DNA from: Candidatus Latescibacterota bacterium
GTDB lineage: Bacteria > Latescibacterota > UBA2968 > GCA-2709665
Assembly: GCA_965219455.1 (NCBI GenBank)
Contig: OZ244744.1
Span: 5,184,001-5,248,000 of the forward strand
Direction: 5' to 3'
Length of the DNA: 64,000 bases
Made by a program: the position numbers and the translations under genes. Below are positions 28,112-38,870 of the stretch, piece after piece (within the stretch, counting starts at the first letter, position 1; each line of letters begins with the position of its first letter). The notes beneath the pieces were generated by a model, which did no database searches, was not told the origin of the DNA, and saw nothing but the letters and a program-made list of their open reading frames with translations.

Positions 28112-29149
28112 ATGTCAATCAAGTATCGCCGGCCGGGGACGTCAGTGCGTGAGCGAGCGCGGGATATCGCGCCTCAGCAGCGGACGCGTGCGTCCGCTCG
28201 CCAACCTGTTACCGGCGAGATCGAAACCAGGGAGTTCAACCTGGGGTATACGTTGGCCGGAGGACAGGTATTTCGGTGGGGCCGTGACATGGATGGGTGG
28301 TGGAAGGGCGTTGCCTATGAAACCGTGTTCCATCTACGTCAGGTGGGTGACACGATGCAATACCGCACGGTGGCATCGAGCGTCGCCACGTACCAGGGTG
28401 AGATGTCCGTTGCTGAATTTCTCACCTGGTACCTGAGATTGAATGAAATGCCCAGAATCCGCGTCCCACGCGGAGACGGATACCTGCGCCGCGCAAGGGA
28501 TCTGTTGAAGGGATTTCGGTTTGTCCGGCAGATGCCCTTCGAGTGTGTGATTTCGTACGTATTGTCCGTGCAGGCGCATATGAATCTGACCAGGCGTCGG
28601 GTGAACTTCCTGGCCGAAACGTGGGGCCGCGAAGTCGAGTTTATGGGAAGAAGATACTGTACGTTTCCCGAACCCGATGCATTGGCCCGGTTGAACGGTC
28701 CGTATTTCAGGTTAAACCGTTTCGGGTGGCGGTCCGAACGCGTGGCTGCAACGGCGCGGTTTATTTCGGAGCGAACGGGAGGCGATCCGGCGGGGCTGTC
28801 TCTGGATGACTGGCGGGAAATCGTGGATGCGTTGAAAGCACGGGCCGGAACCGGCGTCGGTCTGAAGGTCGGCAAGTGCATAGACCTGTTCGCGCTGGAA
28901 CGGCTTGATGCCGTGCCCGTGGATACGTGGGTACTGAAATTCGCCCGGGAGTGGTACAATGTGAAGGGTCCGGACAGGAAGGTATGTGCGTGGGCGGAGG
29001 AGCGCGGAGGCAGGTACGCCGGATACATGAACGAGTACCTGTTCGCGTACTACAGAGAGCTGAACGGCGCTTCCCTGCACGATCGCGTCATTTCGTTCTG
29101 TGCTTCGGATGCGCCGTCTTCGGAACTTCCCATGCTGGATGGAGGTTAG
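28112..29149 (+). CDS. 8-oxoguanine DNA glycosylase (OGG1-like, HhH-GPD)
   Basis: TLAGGQVFRW N-domain, QMPFECVISYV, FPEPDAL, GVGLKVGKCIDLF, PVDTWV, YAGY; start uncertain. Confidence 0.85.
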   Translation: MSIKYRRPGTSVRERARDIAPQQRTRASARQPVTGEIETREFNLGYTLAGGQVFRWGRDMDGWWKGVAYETVFHLRQVGDTMQYRTVASSVATYQGEMSVAEFLTWYLRLNEMPRIRVPRGDGYLRRARDLLKGFRFVRQMPFECVISYVLSVQAHMNLTRRRVNFLAETWGREVEFMGRRYCTFPEPDALARLNGPYFRLNRFGWRSERVAATARFISERTGGDPAGLSLDDWREIVDALKARAGTGVGLKVGKCIDLFALERLDAVPVDTWVLKFAREWYNVKGPDRKVCAWAEERGGRYAGYMNEYLFAYYRELNGASLHDRVISFCASDAPSSELPMLDGG

Positions 29150-29436
29150 AATACTGTCCGGTTTTCCGGCATCGTCACGTTTGACGAAGACGGTTTAGGC
29201 AAAGTGTTCCCCCCGGGCGCCTCCCTTCCGGTACCGGTCCGGCAACAACAGCCGGGGTTTCGCATAGCGGGCGCCGCTGTCTGCGGGCCGGCGGAAATGT
29301 CGACCCTTGCAAGTATGCCGCAAACAGGCATGGCAGGTATTGCCCGATTACATTAATCTCTTGTCACCTCTTTTCCGATGATATCCGGCCGACGCCGTCG
29401 TAGAAAGCCGGATACCGCGATCTGACTGCTTCCGAT

Positions 29437-30357
29437 ATGAAACACGTATCGGTCATTATTCCAACCTACAACCGCTCGGTGTTCCTGCGCAGAACGCTGG
29501 AGCAGGTATTGCGGCAGACGTATCCGTCTTTCGAAGTGATTGTGATTGACCAGTCCACAGAGCACCCACCGGAAGTCCGGGCGTATCTGACGTCCATCCG
29601 CGCGCGCATTCGTTACGAACAAACGGATACGGCCAGTCTGACGCGGGCAAGAAATCTGGGCATGAAGATGGCTCGTGGGGAGGTGATTCTCTTTCTGGAC
29701 GACGATGTTGATCTGCCCGGCGGCTTCATCCGGAGACATTTGCGCAATTACGAGGCGGTGGATGTCAGTGCCGTGGCCGGTGGAATTCTGAATGCGCACA
29801 GCCATGGCCGCCCCGAACCGACACGCTGTGGTTCGGTGACGTGGTCTGGCCGCGTGATTTCGAACTTCCATGCAACAGGACGCCGGAATGTCTCGCACGG
29901 TCCGGGAGGGAATTTTTCATTCCTCCGCGAGCAGGCGTTGCGCTGTGGCGGTTTTGACGAACAGTTCGCGGGAAGCGCGCTTCGCGAGGATACGGATTTC
30001 TGTCTCCGATATCTTAAGGCCGGGACCGGCCTGATGGTCTTCGAACCGGAAGCCGCGGTTTTTCACCACGCAGCGTCGTTCGGGGGCTGCCGGGTCTCGG
30101 ACCAGGCGGCCGATCCGAGGACCTATTCCAATGAACTATATTTCTGGTTGAAACACTTTGACAAGCGGATGGTGCCGTACTTTATCCTCAATCTGGCGGT
30201 GCGTTTTTTTATTTTACGCGGCCAATTGAGCACGTTCGGTTTCTGGCGGACCATGCCGATGAAGCTGAAGGCGCTGTCGCAGGGCATACGGAACGGGATG
30301 GGCCTCTATCGGAAAACCCGCAGGAATGGGGGGCGGATTTTGAGACGGAATGGCTGA
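29437..30357 (+). CDS. glycosyltransferase family 2
   Basis: VSVIIPTYNR, ARNLG, FLDDD, GGFDEQF, EDTDF. Confidence 0.93.
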   Translation: MKHVSVIIPTYNRSVFLRRTLEQVLRQTYPSFEVIVIDQSTEHPPEVRAYLTSIRARIRYEQTDTASLTRARNLGMKMARGEVILFLDDDVDLPGGFIRRHLRNYEAVDVSAVAGGILNAHSHGRPEPTRCGSVTWSGRVISNFHATGRRNVSHGPGGNFSFLREQALRCGGFDEQFAGSALREDTDFCLRYLKAGTGLMVFEPEAAVFHHAASFGGCRVSDQAADPRTYSNELYFWLKHFDKRMVPYFILNLAVRFFILRGQLSTFGFWRTMPMKLKALSQGIRNGMGLYRKTRRNGGRILRRNG

Positions 30358-31870
30358 ATATAACGAAGAAGAAGCGCGCAACGCGCTGGATCTTGCGACA
30401 CTTACACGCGGCGTGGGTGTCAATCTCCTGACCCTTTTCTCGAAGCTGGGTCGCCCGGCATTTTATCTCATTGCCGCACGTTTATATTCTCCTGCATCCT
30501 ATGGTCTCTATTATCTCGCCTGGACCTGGGTGAATCTGTTTTCCCGGTTTGCGTTTTTCGGTCTCGACAAAGCGTTGCTCCGGCACCTGGCCTACCATCA
30601 GTCGCGCGGTGAGAAACAGCGGGCCCTGGGGAGCGTCAGAACAGCCCTTTTTGCCGGAGGCGTTTTGAGCCTCTGCGTAAGCCTGGGCTGTTTTCTCTTT
30701 TCCGACGCTCTGGGGGGGTTAATCGGTCGAGAGCGGGTGGAAATTGCACTGCGATGGATGGCATTCGTCGTCTTCTTCCAGACCATGGCCGGGCTGCTGC
30801 TTCAGATACCAATCGCGCACAAGGTTATGGAATATCAGCTATACGTCAAAGGCCTTACCGAGCCCGCGCTGTTGATCGGCTTTGCGATCCTGTTCTACCT
30901 TCTCGGCATGGACCTGACTGGGATCTGCGGGGCGTATCTGGTTGCCATGGCTATCGTGTTTTGTTGTTCCATAATGCCGGTTCTCAAGTTCTTTCCATGG
31001 CGAACGTGGTCCGAAAGTGGGGTTGGATTTGAGCGAAAGCTCTTTCGTTTTTCGTTTTCGATGTTTCTGATCGACCTGATCGCGGAACTCAACGGACGAT
31101 TGGACGTCGTCATTGTCGGATCGTTCATCGAGCCCGAAACCATCGCCGTATATGGCGTGATGATACAGCTGGCCGGAATCGTTCGCGCCGTCTCCGGTGC
31201 ATTCGATCCAATTGCGAACCCTTTTTTTGCCGAATACCACGCCCGAGGAGAGATTTCGCGTCTGGGTGATTTTTTCAAACTGGTGACCCGCTGGGCGACG
31301 CTGGTAACCATTCCCATTCTGCTCGTATTTGCCTTCAACGGGAGCCAAATTGCCGCATTCGTGGGGTCGGAATTCTCAGCGGGATATCCCTGGTTGATGA
31401 TTCTGTTGCTTGGCGCTGCCGCATCTGCCCTATTGGGTTTGTCGGGCTATGTTCTGGTGATGACCGGGCATCCCGACGCCCTCATGGGTGTCAGAATTGT
31501 CACGCTACTGGTCAGCGGGATTGGTACTCTTGTTCTGGTTCGCCGGTTCGGACCGATGGGAGCCGCGATCGGTGCCGCATTCACGGCAATTATGTCTCAG
31601 GCACTCTCCTCCTGGTGGGTATTTCGACGGCTGAAAGTACACGCGTTTTCAATCAAGCTTTGCAGGCCACTGCTTGCCGGCGGCGCGACCGCGGTATTGA
31701 TGAAGGTTTTCGGCCCTTTGGCTTCGTTCGCACCTTTCTGGGATGTTATGGGCCACGCCCTGCTGATTTTTCTGTGCTTCGGCGGGTTTCTCTGCCTGCT
31801 GGGCATTGAAGATGAAGAAAGGCAGTTCGGGTTGCGGGTCTATCACCGGATCAGACGGATCTTCGTGTGA
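30350..31870 (+). CDS. oligosaccharide flippase (Wzx/MOP family)
   Basis: About 14 hydrophobic segments, ARLYSPASYGLY, FGPMGAAIG; overlaps the GT2 stop. Confidence 0.85.
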   Translation: MAEYNEEEARNALDLATLTRGVGVNLLTLFSKLGRPAFYLIAARLYSPASYGLYYLAWTWVNLFSRFAFFGLDKALLRHLAYHQSRGEKQRALGSVRTALFAGGVLSLCVSLGCFLFSDALGGLIGRERVEIALRWMAFVVFFQTMAGLLLQIPIAHKVMEYQLYVKGLTEPALLIGFAILFYLLGMDLTGICGAYLVAMAIVFCCSIMPVLKFFPWRTWSESGVGFERKLFRFSFSMFLIDLIAELNGRLDVVIVGSFIEPETIAVYGVMIQLAGIVRAVSGAFDPIANPFFAEYHARGEISRLGDFFKLVTRWATLVTIPILLVFAFNGSQIAAFVGSEFSAGYPWLMILLLGAAASALLGLSGYVLVMTGHPDALMGVRIVTLLVSGIGTLVLVRRFGPMGAAIGAAFTAIMSQALSSWWVFRRLKVHAFSIKLCRPLLAGGATAVLMKVFGPLASFAPFWDVMGHALLIFLCFGGFLCLLGIEDEERQFGLRVYHRIRRIFV

Positions 31871-31880
31871 GAGAGGGGGT

Positions 31881-32999
31881 ATGGTGAGAATCTGTATTGA
31901 CGCGCGCGAGGTCCGGGACGTCGAAACCGGCGTCGGTCGGTATGCGTTCAGCCTGGTCCGCGCCATTGCCCGGCTGGATAAGCATAACGAATACCTGCTG
32001 CTGAGGCGGTCCGCCTATCCTCGTCCACTGGTGGTACAGTCCAATTTTACGGACATCGTGGTGCCATACGGAATTTCAACGGGCCGGAACATCATCGCAG
32101 GGTCCGGAGTTGTGAACCCACTCCGCGCCGACGTCTACCATAGTCTATTTCATCTTCTTCCCCTGGGCGTCCGCGCCAGGCGGATTGTCCTCACCCTGCA
32201 TGATCTGATATGGATAAATTTCCCGGATATCGCATACGAAGCCCGATGGCGCGGATGGATGGCGCGCCGTTTCGCGGGCCCATGGATCGGGAAGTCCGTG
32301 CGGAAAGCCCATCATGTGATTGCGGTTTCAGAAACGACACGGCAGGACGCACTTGCGCGATATCCGGGCCCACCTTCGAAATTCACCGTGATTCACCACG
32401 GAAGCGACGGGTCATCCGGTGAATCCAACCTTACGGGTGCGCTCCCTGAAGTCTGCCGCGGTCGGCGATTCATCTTCTCCCTGGGCAATACAAAGCCGTA
32501 CAAGAATATCCGTCGTTTAATCGAGGCTTTCGGCATGGTCGCGAAACAATGTCCGGATTTGTTCCTGCTGATAAGCGGACGAGGCGACGGGTATGCCACC
32601 CTGGCCGAACTCACCCGGAACCTTGGGATCACTCGAAACGTCGTATTTACCGAGCAACTGAGCGATGGCGAGGTTCGGGCATGTTTTGAAGAGGCCGTTT
32701 TTTTTGTATTTCCATCTGTTGCAGAGGGTTTTGGGCTGCCCGTGATTGAGGCGATGGCCAGCGGATGTCCTGTCTTGACGTCGGATGCCTCATCTCTTTC
32801 GGAAATAGCCGGCGATGCGGCGGTCCTCGTGAATCCGATGGATGTCGGGTCGATCGCCAACGGGATGACGCGTATGATACGGGATGAGGCATTGCGAGAA
32901 CGCCTCGTGGACATGGGGCGGCGTCAGGCCGCCCGCTACACCTGGCAGGGTTGCGCAAGAAAGACCCTTGAGGTCTATAAAGAGATAATGTCGTTGTAA
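31881..32999 (+). CDS. glycosyltransferase family 4
   Basis: RICIDAR..TGVGRY, TLHDLI, KPYKN, FPSVAEGFGLPVIEAMASG. Confidence 0.93.
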   Translation: MVRICIDAREVRDVETGVGRYAFSLVRAIARLDKHNEYLLLRRSAYPRPLVVQSNFTDIVVPYGISTGRNIIAGSGVVNPLRADVYHSLFHLLPLGVRARRIVLTLHDLIWINFPDIAYEARWRGWMARRFAGPWIGKSVRKAHHVIAVSETTRQDALARYPGPPSKFTVIHHGSDGSSGESNLTGALPEVCRGRRFIFSLGNTKPYKNIRRLIEAFGMVAKQCPDLFLLISGRGDGYATLAELTRNLGITRNVVFTEQLSDGEVRACFEEAVFFVFPSVAEGFGLPVIEAMASGCPVLTSDASSLSEIAGDAAVLVNPMDVGSIANGMTRMIRDEALRERLVDMGRRQAARYTWQGCARKTLEVYKEIMSL

Positions 33000-33002
33000 T
33001 TC

Positions 33003-33851
33003 ATGGGGTGGGTAAGTATCGGCATGGTGCACGTCCGGCGGATTTGTTGTTTTGCATGCTTCGCGCTAACCTGGTCGGCAAGCGTCGCCTTTGCAATTGC
33101 AAAGACGGGAGGCGACGGACTGCGGGTGGACATGGGCGCGTGGTTGCAGAGGGATTGGGCGGAATGCAAGACAACAACGAAGTTCCAGTACGCGAACAAT
33201 GCGGTCCGTTTCGTCAGCGAAGGGTCCGCGGCGCTGCTTTGGCAGATACCGACACAATCGGGCCGTCCAATGGCGCTGGATCCGGTACGCCACCCGTGGA
33301 TCGGGCAGTGCAAGCGGCCTCCCCGGCAGTTCGAAAAGACAATCAGAAAGCATGGGTATGACAAACTGATCGATGTGGCGGAGAACCCCTATCTGACCTG
33401 GCGCTGGAAGGTGGATTATTCGACAATCGGCAGGCAGCGGCTGGAAAAGAACGGCAGGTTGAAGAAGCAAGACGACGACTTCAACGCGAAATTGGGGGTT
33501 GCGATCCTGGAGAAGGGCACCAACAACATCCGGGAGATCGCGTACGTCTGGTCCAATACGCTGCCGGAGTCGCTGATGTTCAAGTCGGAGACCACCATTA
33601 TCCCGTTTGTCTGGAAGCTGTCGTGGCGGCGAATCGTCGCGGAGAGCGGGCCGAATCTGATGAAGCAGTGGGTGCCCGAAGTGCGGAATCTTTACGAAGA
33701 CTACAAGAGAGGATACCCGGGGGAGGAACCAGGCAAGGTACTGCGGGTCTATCTGATGACGGATACCGATAATACGAACAGCAGGGCGTCGACGTGGTAT
33801 GCCGATATCGAGTTCCACAAGGAAGCGCCTTGTGTTCCGACCCGGAAATAG
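33003..33851 (+). CDS. DUF3047-like exported protein
   Basis: Probable signal peptide; PYLTWRWKV, DDDF, IAYVWS, WVPEVRNLYEDY, LMTDTDNT...WYADIEF. Confidence 0.75.
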   Translation: MGWVSIGMVHVRRICCFACFALTWSASVAFAIAKTGGDGLRVDMGAWLQRDWAECKTTTKFQYANNAVRFVSEGSAALLWQIPTQSGRPMALDPVRHPWIGQCKRPPRQFEKTIRKHGYDKLIDVAENPYLTWRWKVDYSTIGRQRLEKNGRLKKQDDDFNAKLGVAILEKGTNNIREIAYVWSNTLPESLMFKSETTIIPFVWKLSWRRIVAESGPNLMKQWVPEVRNLYEDYKRGYPGEEPGKVLRVYLMTDTDNTNSRASTWYADIEFHKEAPCVPTRK

Positions 33852-33889
33852 ATTGCCGAAATTCTCCCGCCGAGTCGCCCGGCTGGCAT

Positions 33890-33906
33890 CCTTCGACAGG
33901 CTCAGG
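33890..33906. repeat. REP-like motif, single half copy
   Basis: CCTTCGACAGGCTCAGG between convergent genes resembles the CTTCGACA(A/G)GCTCAG extragenic repeat family recalled from other bacteria; only one copy seen here. Confidence 0.35.
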
Positions 33907-34085
33907 AACCAGCGCCCGAGCGAGGCGACCTGCGCAAGGTCGGCGAGCAAAGGCAACGTAGCGAGACGGGATGAATCGGCCTGCCTGTGCGGAAGACCTG
34001 CACGCAGACAGGCGGATGAATGGTAACATATTTCTGGGACGGGATACCTGGTAGCGAGGCACTACGAATGCGCTCCGCTGTTCTT

Positions 34086-35450
34086 CTATTCCCGCACGAA
34101 ACGCGGATTGCCGAACCCGTCGTTAATGACGTGGCTTCGCGCGGGTATCTCCGCTTTGTCGGGGATGATCAGGTCGAGTTCGGTGCTGTTTTCGATCACG
34201 GTCCCGTCGCCCACTCGAACCCCCTTGCCCAGGCGAATCTTGCCCGGCCTTCTGTCGCCGCTCAATACAGTGCCGACGACAACCGACGAGGCAATTCGGC
34301 ATTCCGTGTCGGTTTGCACGTAGCCGTAGACCTGGGTATTCGGACCGACGGTCGAGTGATTACCGATTCTGACGGGCCCCAGGAGGGTGGCGTCGGTTCC
34401 AATCTGGACGTGATCTCCGATTTCAGGGTGTCGATGCCTGACCTTGCCGCTGAGACCGCCCATCGTGCAAGGATAGATGTAACAGCCGGAGCCGATCACA
34501 CCTGTCTGCCCGGTTGTCAGCCCCCGGTGCGGATGATCCAGGAAGTTTGCGTCGCCGATCACGGTTTCAGGATGCAGGTCGGCCTGGTAATACCGGCCGC
34601 CAAGTTCCGAAATGGCGCGCGGTAGAAGAGGGACCGGCACCCGTTCAACATCCGGGAGGCCCTCCGCCGGGCCGGACCTCGTGAGGGCGTGGGCAACGTC
34701 GTGATAGAAGAGCACGCGCCAGCCGGGGTAGGTGCTGATGACCAGTTGCATGAGATAATCGAATGCGAAGTCCAGATTCCGCATCTTCAGAAACTCGCGA
34801 TAGGGTTTGAAATCACGGCCGTCGATCGCGCTGTTCAGTACCGGAACGTGGTCCAGGTCCGCCAGCCTGCCCATATTGTTTCGGTGTTTGGCCACGATAT
34901 ACGCATCCCATACCGCCGGATCCTTGAGCGAAGCGAATCGGTTCCACAACGCGCGGCTCTTGAGGTGTGGCAGGTCCGCCAGGAGTGAAAAAGTGGCTTC
35001 CAGGGCCGGCGTTTCAATATCTCTGCCGTTTCCTTCCGCGGCCAGGAACGACTGAGCGATCATCGCATAGATCTGGTCGGCGATCTCTCCGATTTCATCT
35101 TCGAGACTTTCGGACGGTCCCGCTGCCTGGACGTTATGTGAACCGGGGGCCACGCATTCGAGCAGGTTACCCAGAACGGTTTCGAGGATGTCCCGGTTGA
35201 CAAAGCCTCGCCCCGAGGGACGCGAGAGCAGGACCCTGCTGATGGAATCGATGCGAATGACCTCGCGTTCTTCCGTTGAGTATATAGGGTATAGCCGCTC
35301 CAATACCTGTTTTAGCAACGGGTTCTTGCGTTTTTCGTATGACGCGTCGAATAGCGTTCTGTCGCCCATGGATCTGACCGAACTCCCTGTTTTGGCCTTC
35401 ATTTCCGTTGGGTGATCTGCTGTTGGGGGCCCGAAACGCAAGGTCTTCAC
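34086..35450 (-). CDS. divergent serine acetyltransferase-like (left-handed beta-helix) protein with long N-terminal region
   Basis: C-terminal DLHPETVIGDANFLDH...TMGG...RHPEIGDHVQIG...LLGPVRIG resembles CysE; start uncertain. Confidence 0.65.
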   Translation of the reverse strand: MKTLRFGPPTADHPTEMKAKTGSSVRSMGDRTLFDASYEKRKNPLLKQVLERLYPIYSTEEREVIRIDSISRVLLSRPSGRGFVNRDILETVLGNLLECVAPGSHNVQAAGPSESLEDEIGEIADQIYAMIAQSFLAAEGNGRDIETPALEATFSLLADLPHLKSRALWNRFASLKDPAVWDAYIVAKHRNNMGRLADLDHVPVLNSAIDGRDFKPYREFLKMRNLDFAFDYLMQLVISTYPGWRVLFYHDVAHALTRSGPAEGLPDVERVPVPLLPRAISELGGRYYQADLHPETVIGDANFLDHPHRGLTTGQTGVIGSGCYIYPCTMGGLSGKVRHRHPEIGDHVQIGTDATLLGPVRIGNHSTVGPNTQVYGYVQTDTECRIASSVVVGTVLSGDRRPGKIRLGKGVRVGDGTVIENSTELDLIIPDKAEIPARSHVINDGFGNPRFVRE

Positions 35451-35479
35451 GGAACTGTCGGGGAGGTGTCAATCGAAGT

Positions 35480-36553
35480 TCAGCGTGGTGCCGACGCCTC
35501 GCGCTCCGCGAGGCGCTGGTCGGCCTCAACCATTTCTTGAACCAGATCTCTGAAGCTGGTCTCCGGGCGCCAGCCGAGTCTGCTGCGCGCTTTCGACGCA
35601 TCTCCCAGAAGTGAATGCGCTTCGGTCGGCCGGAAATACCGTCGGTCGATGCGCACAACCGCCCTTCCCGTGGCCGAATTGATCGCGACTTCGTCGGCGC
35701 CTTGCCCGCGCCACTCCAACTCCAGACCCAGATATTCGGCAGCATGGTTCACAAATGCGCGGACCGAATGCTGGTGCCCTGATGCGATGACGTAATCGTC
35801 AGGCCCCGCCTGCTGGAGCATCAGCCATTGGGCGCGGACATAGTCCCGGGCGTGACCCCAATCTCTCATCGCGTCGAGATTGCCCAGGTACAGGCATTCG
35901 TCCAATCCGACTTTCACGCGGGCCAGCCGCCGGGTGATTTTCCGGGTCACGAACGTCTCGCCGCGGACGGGGGACTCGTGGTTGAACAGAATGCCGTTAC
36001 AGGCGAAAATTCCGTATGCCTCGCGGTAATTCACCGTGATCCAGTAGGCGTACACCTTGGCTGCGGCGTACGGCGATCGGGGATAGAACGGCGTCGATTC
36101 CCTCTGGGGTGTCTCGGTTGCCTTGCCGAACATTTCCGAACTGGACGCCTGGTAGAAGCGAGTTCGATCCGTAAGACCGCAAATGCGGATGGCTTCGAGC
36201 AGATGGAGCACCCCCAACGCCGCCACCTTCGCCGTGTATTCGGGCGTCTCGAAGGACACCGCCACGTGACTCTGCGCACCCAGGTTGTAGATTTCGTCGG
36301 GTCGTACTTCCTGAACGATCCGAATCAGATTGGCCGTATCCGTGAGGTCTCCATAGTGCAGAATCATGCGCCGGTCGGGATCTTGGGGGTCGGCGAAGAG
36401 ATGATCGATCCGATCCGTATTGAACAGGGAGGCGCGACGGATGATGCCGTGCACGACGTACCCTTTTCCAATTAGATACTCCGCGAGATAGGAACCGTCC
36501 TGGCCGGTGATTCCGGTTATCAGAGCGGTTTTTTCGGGTGTGTCAGACGGCAA
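35480..36553 (-). CDS. gmd: GDP-mannose 4,6-dehydratase
   Basis: [58 protein letters not shown]. Confidence 0.97.
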   Translation of the reverse strand: MPSDTPEKTALITGITGQDGSYLAEYLIGKGYVVHGIIRRASLFNTDRIDHLFADPQDPDRRMILHYGDLTDTANLIRIVQEVRPDEIYNLGAQSHVAVSFETPEYTAKVAALGVLHLLEAIRICGLTDRTRFYQASSSEMFGKATETPQRESTPFYPRSPYAAAKVYAYWITVNYREAYGIFACNGILFNHESPVRGETFVTRKITRRLARVKVGLDECLYLGNLDAMRDWGHARDYVRAQWLMLQQAGPDDYVIASGHQHSVRAFVNHAAEYLGLELEWRGQGADEVAINSATGRAVVRIDRRYFRPTEAHSLLGDASKARSRLGWRPETSFRDLVQEMVEADQRLAEREASAPR

Positions 36554-36705
36554 GGAAGCCTCGTCGAAAGAGGGTTCCGAATCGCGCTTGGACTGAGGGA
36601 TATAGGTATTTGTTTTCCATCATGTTAAAGACAGACAGTTTTGAAGCAGACGGCTCTGGCGAAACGAGGTTGTAAAGTACCGGCCACACCACGATGGCAA
36701 ACCCA

Positions 36706-36734
36706 ACAATAGGGATTTCATTCATTCTTGTCAA
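36706..36734 (-). promoter_or_regulatory. promoter for gmd
   Basis: Minus strand TTGACA (36734-36729), 17 bp spacer, TATTGT (36711-36706). Confidence 0.55.
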
Positions 36735-36776
36735 GAGATACCGGGCCAACGAAGGGCTTCTTGGGTGGGAATTCGC

Positions 36777-36805
36777 TTGACGGTGAATCCGTTTTCTTCT
36801 ATTAT
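36777..36805 (+). promoter_or_regulatory. promoter for the nucleoside transporter
   Basis: TTGACG (36777-36782), 17 bp spacer, TATTAT (36800-36805). Confidence 0.6.
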
Positions 36806-36893
36806 TGGCGCCGGGCTGAAAGGTGGCGATACAACCGGATTTTCAGGCAGACGTGGTGCGCCGAAGCCCCGTTCCGCATTAAGGAGACCAGTC

Positions 36894-38150
36894 TTGACGG
36901 TGCTACACAGCGCCATAGGGTATGTTGTCCTTCTGGCCATTGCCTGGTTACTGGGTCGGCGCACGAGGCGAATCCCTTGGAAGACCGTCGCCGTGGCCAG
37001 TGGCCTGCAGTTGCTGCTGACCGGTATCCTCGTTAAGACGGGCCTGCGACATTACGTCTTCGGCGTCGTCGGCGCCCTCACGGACATGCTTCGCACAACC
37101 GCGCTGAAGGCCAACGAATCGCTGCTTTTCTCGGGATTATCGAATCCCGAATTCACCGGCAGATACGGCCCCGTCGTGGCGCTGGAAATCGCCGCGATAC
37201 TGATCTTTGTGGCCTCGGTTTCGCGGATGCTCTACCACTATAGAATACTACCCTGGGTGATTGGTCGGCTGAGTGCTGTCATGCAGAAGTCCCTTGGGCT
37301 CAGCTCGGCAGAAAGCGTCGGATGCGCCGGCAACGTTTTTCTGGGGATGACGGAATCTCCACTGCTCATAAGACCCTACGTGAGCCGCATGACCGAGAGC
37401 GAGTTGTTCTGTCTGATGACCGTGGGCATGGCGACGATCGCCGGTACGGTGATGGTGATTTACGCGACCATTCTGGGTACGGCCCATCCGGACATTGCGG
37501 GCCATCTGTTCACCGCTTCGCTGATCAGCGCCCCTGCGGCGATTGCGGTGGCCAAACTGATGATCCCGGAGACCGGCGAGCCCGACACTTCACGCAGTCA
37601 GGTGGAACTCCCTCGAGACGACGCGTTGAACGGTCTCGATGCAGCGGCTCGTGGCGCCGCCGAGGGCATGCATCTGGTAATCAACATCCTCGCCATGCTT
37701 GTCGCTTTTATCGGCCTCGTCGCGCTGGCAAACCTCGTTATCGGCAAGATTGACGTTCTGGTCAACGTGGAGTCCAGCGGCTGGAGCCTTCAGGCGGCCG
37801 CGGGCAGTGTGTTTCGCCCGTTCGTCTGGCTTATGGGAATTAGTTGGGCCGAAGCTGGCACCGTTGGCGGACTGATGGGTCTGAAGACGATTCTTAACGA
37901 ATTCGTGGCCTATCTGGATCTGGCGCGGCTGATGAGCGGGCCCGAGCCGCTCAATCAACGGGCTTTTGTGATCACGGCGTATGCCCTGTGCGGATTTGCC
38001 AACTTCGGATCCGTGGCGATCATGATTGGCGGCATTGGCGGGATCGCCCCCGACAGGCGCGGCGACTTGGCCCGCCTGGGGCTCCGATCCCTGGCGGGCG
38101 GAACGCTGGCGACCATGCTCACCGGTTGTATGATCGGTCTGTATTCGTAA
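36894..38150 (+). CDS. concentrative nucleoside transporter (NupC/CNT family)
   Basis: NVFLGMTESPLLIRPY, GMATIAG, ISAPAA, NEFVAY, YALCGFANFGS; TTG start after AAGGAG. Confidence 0.93.
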   Translation: MTVLHSAIGYVVLLAIAWLLGRRTRRIPWKTVAVASGLQLLLTGILVKTGLRHYVFGVVGALTDMLRTTALKANESLLFSGLSNPEFTGRYGPVVALEIAAILIFVASVSRMLYHYRILPWVIGRLSAVMQKSLGLSSAESVGCAGNVFLGMTESPLLIRPYVSRMTESELFCLMTVGMATIAGTVMVIYATILGTAHPDIAGHLFTASLISAPAAIAVAKLMIPETGEPDTSRSQVELPRDDALNGLDAAARGAAEGMHLVINILAMLVAFIGLVALANLVIGKIDVLVNVESSGWSLQAAAGSVFRPFVWLMGISWAEAGTVGGLMGLKTILNEFVAYLDLARLMSGPEPLNQRAFVITAYALCGFANFGSVAIMIGGIGGIAPDRRGDLARLGLRSLAGGTLATMLTGCMIGLYS

Positions 38151-38298
38151 ACAGGCGCACCCGGTGCCCAGGGGGATCCGTGGAATCCGGCGACCCCGAC
38201 TGTTGAATCCCGGGTCTTCAGCGAGTTATTGAGGAACGCCGAAACCACCATTTCGCTGTACGGCTCACACGTTTCCAAAAATCACCCAGGAGGAAGTT

Positions 38299-38721
38299 TT
38301 GTACCTTAATACCTATTTGACCTTCCATAATCAGTGTCGGCCGGCGTTTGAGTTTTACCGCTCTGTGTTCGGGGGAGACTTTCTGTTCATCCAGACCTTT
38401 GGAGACGGACCTCCCGATATGGAAGTACCGGTGGACGAACGCGATTTGGTCATGCACGTGTCGCTGCCGATCGGATCCAGCGTGCTCATGGGAAGCGACA
38501 CCTGCTCGACATTCGGTCCTCCGCCTCAAGTGGGCAGCAATTTTTCCATAACAATCAGCCCTGACGGCAGGGAGGACGCCGACCGGTTACTTGCAGGGCT
38601 CTCGGAGGGCGGCAAAACGGTGATGCCGATGGCAGATGCGTTCTGGGGGGCCTATTTCGGTATGTGTGTCGATAAGTTCGGCATCAGGTGGCAGGTCGAT
38701 TTCGAATATCCTGAAGACTGA
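38299..38721 (+). CDS. VOC/PhnB-like family protein
   Basis: YLTF...AFEFYRSVFGG, VMHVSL, MGSD, MPMADAFWGAYFGMCVDKFGIRW; AGGAGG RBS. Confidence 0.9.
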   Translation: MYLNTYLTFHNQCRPAFEFYRSVFGGDFLFIQTFGDGPPDMEVPVDERDLVMHVSLPIGSSVLMGSDTCSTFGPPPQVGSNFSITISPDGREDADRLLAGLSEGGKTVMPMADAFWGAYFGMCVDKFGIRWQVDFEYPED

Positions 38722-38870
38722 GGCCCGGACCGTACCGGCGTGTCCCCATATATTGACCGCGATCGCCGATGGCCTGTGCTGGTGTAACCACTTGTTCGTA
38801 CCGGAACGCTGGCCGCGATTGCCTGGAGAGACGACGCTGAAGGCGCTCGAAGTATTTGACAAATAGGGAA

